64,000 bases of DNA from the human T2T-CHM13v2.0 reference genome, Homo sapiens. Below, one piece after another: positions 52,748 to 64,000 of the stretch. The translations under genes were made by a program, and so were the position numbers. The notes beneath the pieces were generated by a model. That model ran no database searches and had not been told where the DNA came from. It was given only the letters and a program-made list of their open reading frames with translations. Location of the stretch: assembly GCF_009914755.1 (NCBI RefSeq), contig NC_060928.1; one strand, given 5' to 3'. Position 1 is the first letter of the stretch; the number at the start of each line of letters is the position of its first letter.

Positions 52748-55448
52748 CGGGAGGTAGATGGTGAAATAGAAGGTTCCACTTATTATTCCCCCGGCAAGGA
52801 CACCAATTTAACAACTATCTACACAGAAAATGCATCTTCATAAGAATAAAAAATCAGGTGAGTACTCACAGTACCTGATTTTCACTTCATATCACTGAAA
52901 GAGGCACTGAAGAGGTAGGAAAAAAAATTTTAAATCACAGATTCCCACCTTGCCCCATCATCTGGCAGTGTTGGCATGGCACACAGAGCCTTTCTTTGAC
53001 TTGGGAGAGGGAGAGTGCAGCAAATATGAAGCACTGAACTCAGTGCTGCCCTATTATAACAGAAAACAAAACCAGACCAAACTCAGCTGATGTTCATTCA
53101 CAGAGGGAGCACTTAAACCAGCCCTAGCCACAGGAGAATCACCGATCTCAGTGACTGGAACCTGGGTTCTCACAAACCTCACCACTATGGGTTACAGTGT
53201 TCTGGGGCTCTAACTAAAGGTGAATGGTAGTCTACGCCACAAAGAATGCAACTGCTCAGTGAGTCTGAGTGCCGAACTTGGTCCAGGTCCAGTGCCAGTG
53301 CATTGGTGATGGGATGGGGAGTAAGGGGAATGGGAACATATGACGTACTTGAGACACCAGCCAGGGTAGCTAAGGAAGTGCTGGCATCACCCCTACCCTA
53401 ACACCAGACTGCACAGTTCACAGCTTCAAAAGAGACCCCATTCTTCTTCCTGAGGAGTGGAGAGAGAAGAGTGGAAAGGACTTTGCATTGCACCTTGGAG
53501 ACCAGCTCACCTACTGCAGGATAGGACACTAGTCAGAGCCATGAGAACCCTGTTCTAGGTCCTAGCTCCCAGACAGTATATAATGATAAATGGGTCAATT
53601 TGGCAAGAGGATGTAACAATTTTAAGTATATATGCACCCAACACTGGAACATCCAGATATATAAAGCAAATATTATTAGAGCTAAAGAGAGAGACTCCAA
53701 TATAATAATAGCTAGAGACTTCAACACCTTACTTGCAGCATTAAACAGATCTTCTAGGCAGAAAATCAACAAAGAAACAGAGTACTAAATCTGCACTATA
53801 AACCAAATGGATCTAATAGGTATTTAGAACATTTCATCTGATGAGTAAAGAATACACATTCTTTTCCTCAACACATGGATCATTCTCAAGGATAGATCAT
53901 ATATTAGGTCATAAAACAAGTCTTAAAACATTCAAAATATTTAAATAACAGCAAGGATCTTCTCTAACCACAATGAAATAAAGCTAGAAATAAATAATGA
54001 AAGGAATTTTGGAGATGACCTAAACAAATGGAAATTAAACCATATGTTCCTGATTGACAAATGGGTCAATAAAGAAATTAGGAGGAAATTGTAAAATTTC
54101 TTGAAACAAATGATTTTGAAAACAATATACCTAAATCTATGGGATACAGAAAAAGCAGAACTAAGAGGGAGGTTTATAGCTATAAGTGTCTACATCAAAA
54201 ATGAAGAAAAACTTCAAATGAACATGCAAAAGATTGAAACTAGACCTTTATCTCTCACCATTTACAAAAATCAAATCAAAATGAATTAAAGACATAAATC
54301 TAAGACCTCAAACTGTGAAACTTCTACAAGAAAACATTGAGGAATTTCTCCAGGACATTGGTCTGGAAAATATTTCTTGGGTAATAACCCACATGCACAG
54401 ACAACCAAAGCAAAAATGGACAAATGGGATCACATCAAGTTAAAAAAAAGTTTTGCACAGTGCAGGATACAGTCAACAGTGAGAGAAAATATTTGCAAAC
54501 TATCTATCTGACAAGGGTTAAATAACCAGAATATAAGGAGCTCAGACAACTCTATAAGAAAAGAACCTAATAATCTGGTTAAAAAATGGACAAAAGATTT
54601 GAATACATATTTCTCAAAAGAATACATACAAATGGCATACAGTATATGAAAAGGTGCTCAACATCATTAATCATTAGGGAAATGCAAATCAAAACTGCAA
54701 TAAGATATCATCTCATCTTAAAATGGCTTATATCCAAAAGACAGGAAATAACAAATGCTGTCAGGGATGTGGAGAAAAGGGAACCCTTGTACACTGTTGT
54801 TGGAAGTGTAGATTAATACAACCACTATGGAGAACAGTTTGGGGATTCCAGAAAAAAACTGAAAATAGAGCTACCATGTAATCCATCAGTCTCACTTCTG
54901 GTTATATATCCAAAAGAAAGAAAATCAGTTTATTAAAGAGATATCTGCATCCTCATGGTTTTTGTAGCACATGGATGAAGCTAGAGATCATTATGTTAAG
55001 TGAAATAAGCCAAGCACAGAAAGCAGAAATCCAGATATCACATATTCTCGTTTGTTTATGGGATCTAAAAATCAAAACAATTGAATTTATGGAGATAAGA
55101 AGTGGAAGGATGGTTACCAGAGGCTGAGAAGCATAGTGTCAGGTTGGGGAAGAGGTGGGGATGGTTGTTGGCTACAAACAACAAAAAAAAGAATTAGAAA
55201 GAATTAAAAAAACCTACTACGTAATAGCACAACAGAGTGACACTTGTCAATAATAATTTAATTGTATTTTTTAAATAACTAGAAGAGCCTAACTGAATCG
55301 TTTGTAACACTAAGGATAAATGCTTGAGGGAATGGATACCCCATTCTCCAAAACCTGATTATTATGCATTACATGCCGGTATCAAAGCATCTTATGTACC
55401 CCATAAATATATACACCTACTATGCACCCACAAAAATTAAAAAATAAA
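52748..55448 (+). mobile_element. L1MA2/3-like element with both ends and several large internal deletions
   Basis: 5'UTR 'aaggacaccaatttaacaactatctacac'; 3' end 'atatatacacctactatgcacccacaaaaattaaaaa'. Confidence 0.85.
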
Positions 55449-55521
55449 TTGGAGAGAATAAATGAACGAAATTAATATTTGAAGAAATAAAAGCAAAATT
55501 TTTACACATTTCATAAAAGAA

Positions 55522-55834
<313 letters not shown>

Positions 55835-56725
55835 CTACACATCCATGGAGCTTTACAAGCTCCAAAATAAATAAATAAATAAAATAAAATAAAAACACTA
55901 ATTTTCACATTGAGACACATTATTTCCAAAGTGTCAAAGGCAAAATTTAAAGAATTATGGAAGCAACAAGATACAGGCAACTTATCATATACAAAGTATA
56001 TTCAACTACAAGATAAAAATATATTTCTCATTATAAACAACAGAGACCAGGAAGCAAGGGGTAATATTTTTAAAGAACTGAAAAGAAAAAAACTATCAGG
56101 ATTTCTATATCCAGCAAAACTATCTTTCAAAAATGTGAGAGTAACTATTTTTGACATAATTTGTTGCTTATAAAATCTATCTGATGAAAAATGCTAAAGG
56201 GAGCTCTTCAGGTTGAAGTAAAAGGACACTAAGTAGTAATTTAAAGCCACATAAAGAAATAGAGAACTTTAGTAAGGCAAAAGTTAAAGTAAACATTAAG
56301 GCCAGAATTATTGTATTTTTGGTGTATAACTCCTTTTTAAATTTTTTATAATTTAAAAAAAAATCAAAAAATGTATTTCAATCTATGTTAATCATAAAAT
56401 AACATATAAACACATCATGAGTAATAATAATAACAATATAAAGGGTAGCAAAGGAGCATAGTTTGTCTATGCTATTTCAACTAAGTTGTATCAATTTAAA
56501 TTAGATTGCTATGAATTTAGAATGTTAATTATAATCAATATATTAGCAAGTAAAAAAATCTCAAAAATGTACAGAAGAAGAAATGACAAGGAAATTAAAA
56601 CAGAACACTGCGTAAACTCAATTATCACCCCTGTATTTACGGCAGCACCATTCATGATAGCCTAGTGGTATAAGCAACCCAAATGTTCACAGATGGATAA
56701 ACAGATAAACAAAATGTAGTACATA

Positions 56726-57085
56726 CAAATGCTCCTCAACTTATTATGGGGTTATCGCCCAACAAGTCTATCATTTCGAGGGTATTGTAAGTCGAAAATA
56801 CACGTGATATATCTAACATATTGAAAATCATACCTTAGCCTGGTCTATCTTAAATGTGCTCAGAAAACTTATAAAAATGTAGACAAGCCTACATTTCAGC
56901 AAAATAATCTAACACAAAGCCTGTCTTATGATAAGGTGTTGAGTATCTCATGTAATTTTATTGAATACTGTACTGAAATTGAGAAACAGAATGGTCATAT
57001 GGATAGTCAAAGTATAGTGTCTATAAAATGTATATCACTTTTGCACCATTATATTATAATGTCAAAAAATGTAAGTTGGGGACTG
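56726..57085. mobile_element. MER47A (Tigger-family MITE)
   Basis: 'caaatgctcctcaacttattatggggtta...gtaagttggggactg' with TA flanks. Confidence 0.88.
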
Positions 57086-57372
57086 TACATAAAAAATTCA
57101 TTTTTTAAAATGAAGGATTTTTTTCACATACTATTACATGAATGAATCTTGAGAGTATTATGCTAAATGAAATAAGTCAAACAGTAAAATACATATAAAG
57201 TATGGCTGCACTTTATAGGATGTGTCTAAGTCAAGTCTGTGGAGACAAAAGCAGAATGGTAGTTATCGGGTTTGGGAGGAGGGAGAGAAAGGGAGTTGTT
57301 TAATGGATTTAGAGTTTTAAATTTGCAAGATAAAAAAGTTCAGATCTGTTTTACAGCAACGTAAACATACTT

Positions 57373-58286
57373 ATTTGCAAGGAACTCAAACAATTCAACA
57401 ATAAGAAAACAAACAACCCTAATAAGAAGTGGACAAACGAATTAGCAAGAAGAAAACAATCCCATCAAAAAGAGGGCTAAGGATATGAATAGACAATTCT
57501 CAAAAGAAGATATACCCAATGGCCAACAAACATATGAAAAAATGCTCAACATAACTAACAACTGGGGAAATGCAAATCAAAATCACAATGTGATGATACC
57601 AGCTTACTCCTGCAAGAATGGCTGTAATCAAAAAAAATCAAAAAATAATAGATGTTGGCATGGATGCACTGAAAAGAGAGCACTTCTACACTGCCAGTGG
57701 GAAAGTAAACTAGTACAACCACTATGGAAAACAGTATGGATATTCCTTAAAGAACTAAAAGTAGAACTACCATTTGATCCAGTCATCCCAGTACCGGGTA
57801 TCTATCCAGAGGAAATTAAGTCATTATACAAAAAAGATACTTGTGCATGCATATTTATGGCAGCACGATTTGCAATTGCAAAAATACGGGACCAGCCCAA
57901 ATGCCCATCAATCAATGAGTGGAAAAAGAAATTGTGCTGTGTATATACAGTAGAATACTACTCAGCCATAAAAAGGAATGAATTAATGGCATTCACAGCA
58001 AACCGGATAGGAGACTATTATTCTAAGTGAAGTAAGTCAGGAATTGAAAATCAAACATTGTATGTTCTCACTCATAAGTGGGAGCTAAACTATGAGGATA
58101 CAAAGTTATAAGAATGATACAATGGACTTTGGGGACTTGGGGGAAAGGGTGGGTGGGGGGTGAGGGATAAAAGACTACAAATTGTGGTCAGTGCACACTG
58201 CTCGGGTGATGGGTGCAGCAAAACCTCACAAATTGCCACTTAGCTTACTTATGTAGCCAAATACCACCTGTTCCCCAAAACCCTAA
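57373..58286 (+). mobile_element. L1PB1-like 3' end lacking a poly(A) tail
   Basis: ORF 57485-58030 contains ORF2 C-terminal residues (LVQPLWKTVW...LPFDP...QPKCPS); ends 'ccacctgttccccaaaacc'. Confidence 0.88.
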
Positions 58287-58779
58287 TCTCTCATCACCTC
58301 CCACTCTCCTCACTTCTCAGTCATTACTGTTCTTTATATTACAATGTATACTTTTGTTTACCCATCGCTTAGTTCCAACTTTTAAGTGAGAATATACGTA
58401 CTTGGTTTCCAATTCCTGTGTTATTTCACTTGGAATAATGGCCTCCAGCTCCAGTCAAATTGCTGCAAAAAACATTATTTCATTTCTTTTCATGGCTGAG
58501 TAGTATTCAGTGACATATATGTACTACATTTTCTTTATCCACTCATCAGTTGATGGACACTTAGGTTGATTCCATATGTTTGCAACTGTGGATTGTGCTG
58601 CAATAAACATGCATGTGCAGGTAGAATTTTTTTTTAATATATATACAATGACTTATTTTCCTTTGGGTAGATAGGTCTACTTTTAGTTCTTCAAGAAATC
58701 TCCATACTGTTTTCTGTAGAGGTTATGCTAATTTACTTTCCCATCAGCAGTGTATAAGTGTTACTTTTTCACCACATCC
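58287..58779 (-). mobile_element. L1PB3/4-like 3' segment, inverted
   Basis: 'aataatggcctccagctccagtcaaattgctgcaaaaaacattatttc'. Confidence 0.85.
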
Positions 58780-58960
58780 GATATGCTTTGGCTCTGTGTC
58801 CCCATCCAAATCTCATCTTCTAGCTCTCATAATCCCATGTGATGTGGGAGGGACCTAGTGGGAGATGATTGAATCATAGGGGTGGGTCTTTTTCCTACTG
58901 TTCTTGTGACAGTGAATGGGCCTCACGAAATCTGATGGTTTTAAAAACGGGAATTTCAAG
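58780..58960 (+). mobile_element. THE1 LTR, 5' half only
   Basis: 'gatatgctttggctctgtgtccccatccaaatctcatctt...tctgatggttttaaaaacggga'. Confidence 0.9.
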
Positions 58961-58964
58961 CTTT

Positions 58965-59118
58965 CTCTACATATTAGGAACAATGTACACTGCTAGGGTA
59001 ATAGGTGCACTAAAATCTCACACTTCACCACTATACAATTCGTCCATGTAATCAAAACCACTTGTACCCCAAAAAGCCACTGAAGTAAAAAATTAAGAAA
59101 TAAAAATAAAGAAAGAAA
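58965..59118 (+). mobile_element. L1PB3/4-like extreme 3' end with A-rich tail
   Basis: 'gtgcactaaaatctcacacttcaccactatacaattcgtccatgtaatcaaaaccacttgtaccc'. Confidence 0.85.
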
Positions 59119-59739
59119 CTATTGCTGCTTCTAAATGCCTTCTTGTCTCTTAAAGAATCTGTTACATCTGTGGAATACATTTTTATGTCCTTAGAGAAAT
59201 ATATCTAAGTGTTGTAATAAATACAAAAATATATATTTTGCATGGGTACTATGCTGAAAATACAGGACAATGTTAGTGTACAGTGAATTTTAACTCAAAT
59301 GGAGCTTCTCTTTCTTAACATTGTCTGGGCATCCTGCCATTATATTTCCCATCTGGTAGTAACAGCTAATTAAATAATTGTTCATTAATTTAATTTGTAT
59401 AAGCAATAAACTTTCACTGCTTTTTTCATACTTATATAGGACATATTGTTATATAATCACTCTGATTATTTTGTTATTCCATGCTGTTTTTATTCCATCA
59501 ACAAAAGAGATTGGTTATAGCTATTGGCATTAAAACAGCTATAAAATAATTGTCCTCAAATGTACATCACCCATGTCTTTAAAAAAAAAGCTTCAAGTAA
59601 CTATAATTAACTTTAAGTTGACTTTAATTTGTTTTACACTTTCATTCAATATAGAGTTTTTGAAAAAGCTATGTACCTAAAACTCAGTCTATGTATATGC
59701 GAACGTATTTCAAGACTCAAAAATATATCAAAGAGTTGG

Positions 59740-59900
59740 CAAATTATGCTTTGGCAATGATGAAATATTAACCAGTTGTAATTTCTTCTAATGGAACGTT
59801 CCTGATCTTTTGAAACTAACATAAAATCAATACATTTGTATAGTGAAAATATAGCATTATTATTTTTTTGTCAATTTTATCTCAATAAAGCTAGGGAAAA
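59740..59900 (+). mobile_element. Old L1M 3' end fragment
   Basis: Ends 'tgtcaattttatctcaataaagctagggaaaa'. Confidence 0.5.
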
Positions 59901-60256
59901 TAGATATCTATCTTCTGTTTTAAATTATTCTGACAATGAGTTATACAGATGTGTATTGGTTAATACCCAGACAGCTTGTGTTTTCCAATTATTATTATGA
60001 TAGTACTTTCTCATGTAATTATACTACATTTGGATTCTACATAACCTTGGTATTTTCCTAGGCAGTGAGGTTATTTGTGGACACTAGGTAATGCTGAAGA
60101 AGGCTCGCATCATATCTATAATTCAGCCTTAAAAAAGTATAAAGGTGAAAGATTCAAGATGCTTTCTTCAGCCTCTGCAAATCAGTATTTGACATTGAGA
60201 GTAGACATATAGCCTTTTGGAAATTCTCCTTTATGGAATGATTTTATTGCTAGGTT

Positions 60257-60286
60257 GATGATGATGGTGATGATGTGATGATGATG
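60257..60286. repeat. Imperfect (GAT)n
   Basis: Direct reading. Confidence 0.8.
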
Positions 60287-60586
60287 TTTCCTTAGTTGTA
60301 TAACATGATGATTAAGCACAGACAGGCAGCCTTTTTCCTCATCATATAAAGGGGTAGCAGATAGCAAGCCCTCAATATAACCTTCAGTGAGTCATACTCC
60401 TCTTATTTCTAAGGAACAAACTGATTCAAATGTATTCATTTAGCATTTGTTTACAAATATTAATTTTACAATCTGAAAAGTTCTGACAAAAAATAAAATG
60501 GACTTTGAATCATTCTTTAAAATTATAAAATCAGATAGTTTTTCCTCCCAATCCAAGTGAAGCTAAAATGATTTGCTTTAACTTAC

Positions 60587-60623
60587 CCACTAGTTTGCAC
60601 TTGTCTGCTCACGAAACTATCTC
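60587..60623 (-). other. Candidate 37-nt internal exon
   Basis: ctaacatctgctggattttag|GAGATAGTTTCGTGAGCAGACAAGTGCAAACTAGTGG|gtaagt: CTAAC branch point, TTTTAG acceptor and consensus donor in unique DNA. Confidence 0.5.
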
Positions 60624-61849
60624 CTAAAATCCAGCAGATGTTAGATAGATTTAGGAATACAGAATCAATTAATATAACTCTCATATTCTACAGAGTGAGT
60701 GAGAACTGCTAAAAGTTGAAGAGGGAAGTGATTTTGTTTTATTGACTTTTTTTTACTTTATACTTTGCTAAATTAATTTACATGTAGTTATAAAAAATAG
60801 TACTATTTTGAGTTGACATTTTTACCTGTTTAAACTAAAAGTATGGATAAGGGTAAACAATAGTATCCAGATATATCTTTTGTTCATAGTATAATAATAC
60901 ATTTAACACCATTTCTTACTCCAAGGAAACATATGGTTCCTGTGCAACATTCCTGACAAAGCAATTTTTTGACAAATATTATCAAGAGGTCTTTTCTGGA
61001 AAATGTTTAGATTGATTTTGAATCCAAAGTTTATGAATAGAGTTGGACAAGATTACAAAGCTAATTTCATTGTACTCCTGGGAATCATAAAACCATATCT
61101 TGTTTTTAAAAATCACTAGTAACATTCATGCTAAAATAGAAAAAATTCTACTAAAAGACTATGTCCCTTTAGTTATATGCACTTAAGTTAAAAAAAAAAA
61201 AAACAACCAAATGCACGTATATATTTTCTAAATAAAGCCTGATGGCCTTAAGCAGTTGTGTAAGACATCATGATACACATGCCTGATTAATGCTAGCAAT
61301 ATAATCTGCCACACTTTGAAACAAGTCATTGCCTAAGGAATCTTGTCCATGAGTTTCTTGCTGAAATAGCTAACCTTTAAATTTCCAGAAGTAATTCATG
61401 TAAGTCTCTGATGATTGTTTTATTTTTTTTTAGATATGACCAATGTTTTAAAAAAAATACTTATAAAATTACCTGACCTACAAAGTTACCGAGTGAAAAT
61501 GCTAATTTTCGTATCTTAGAAAAAATGCACACAGACTTGCAAATAGATCTCAATATATCTTATTCCACAAAATTTCATTTAGCTTGTCAAATTGTTCTTG
61601 GTTCAGCCCACATTTCTCAATGTCTCAAATGCTATCTTTCAGTTATTACCCTTTATTCTCTTCGTTATATCAACAGACTAGTGTCAATTATCTAGTTTTC
61701 CAAGGTTCCATTTTTCTTTTAATATTACAGGGAGTTGAATTTAAACAACACAACAGATTGGTCTGAAATATGTTTAGATCATATTTTGTCTTGAATCCAT
61801 CAAGTTTATATTATCAATGTATTTATTTATTCATTGATCCAATATAAGT

Positions 61850-61970
61850 TTTCAGAGGGCTTCAGAACATTGACATCAAGATCAGACTGATCTCATTCAA
61901 ATGTCAGCTTTGCCATTCAATAATATAGATTTTAGATTACTTAAACTCTCCAAACTTCAATCTCCTCCTA
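61850..61970 (+). mobile_element. MIR fragment
   Basis: 'ttcaaatgtcagctttgccattca...ttacttaaactctccaaacttcaatctcctc'. Confidence 0.6.
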
Positions 61971-61974
61971 ACAA

Positions 61975-62690
61975 TGTCCCATTTCATCTTATAAAATATG
62001 TTCACATTTTAATTTTTTGAAATCAAGGTGCATCTAACAGTAATGTCAATTGAATGCTGAAATACATCTGTCAGAGTAGGTGAAAATTGACATTTTGTCC
62101 AAATTTTGCTGTATTGGCTATTGCTCATACGTGTGCAAACAACCAAACACAGAAAAAACCTGTTCATCCAACTGCTATTTCATTTTACTTATTTACATTG
62201 ATATCAGCACATGTCATCAAAACAAGTTTTACTTAAATTTAAATTCCTAATTATTATTTTAAATATCCTCAAAATGATAACACAGTAATTTAGCACTGAA
62301 ATGGGGGTCCTTGTGTGTGTTTTGAGTAATAAATATTACATACCAAGTAGTATAATTAGAGCAAAAATGGGCAGAACACTTAAAATATATCCTATAATTT
62401 TCTAACATAAGAGAGGTTGTTGTGGTTGATTTAAGCATTACAAGAAACTATCATTGAGTTGTTGCATATCTATCTGTTCAAATTTCCTGCTAACTTTTTA
62501 GATGTGCTGTTTAAATTTTAGGAAAGCATAATTTTAATTAAGGAATACCTTGTATTAATTTCACAATATAGAAAATGCAGTAGAAATCCCCTGTGTTTTA
62601 GATGTGATTTTGAGTTTTGGTGGTAATTTGAATAATGCCAAATCAGTCAAAGTCATAAGGCTGAATTATGAATATAAGTGTATACTGATG
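61975..62690. mobile_element. Kanga/MER104-like (TcMar-Tc2) DNA transposon remnant
   Basis: 'ttcacattttaattttttgaaatcaaggtgcatctaaca' resembles the MER104/Kanga terminus; right boundary uncertain. Confidence 0.45.
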
Positions 62691-62691
62691 A

Positions 62692-64000
<1,309 letters not shown>

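Noticed and set aside
57485-58030. Longest ORF (181 aa) as a gene
   Set aside because: It is a frameshifted L1 ORF2 C-terminal remnant
60061-60087. Plus-strand 26-nt AG...GT exon-like segment
   Set aside because: Modest donor, no partner exon; compatible with chance

Overview
This is AT-rich mammalian genomic DNA, apparently from an ape or human: it carries Alu J, S and Y copies and an L1PA4-like element. It looks like a large intron or gene desert. Most of it is nested interspersed repeats: L1 of many ages, L2, MIR, an ancient CR1 fragment, MaLR/ERV solo LTRs and hAT/Tc-mariner fossils. No multi-exon protein-coding gene, RNA gene or prokaryotic-type system is supported. The listed ORFs are mostly repeat-derived or chance. 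The main leads are: (i) two or three candidate small exons on the minus strand in unique sequence, with compatible phases; (ii) a complex templated insertion near 48.6-49.1 kb, made of an inverted local copy plus a copy of sequence 2.5 kb away; (iii) a second short templated duplication at 28.1 kb; (iv) an inversion/deletion through L1PB and THE1 at 58.3-59.1 kb; (v) a twin-primed L1MA; (vi) a structured (AAAGG)n Alu tail; (vii) an amniote CR1 fossil with its 3'UTR; and (viii) a full-length MADE1 hairpin. Repeat subfamily names come from recalled consensus motifs and boundaries are approximate.
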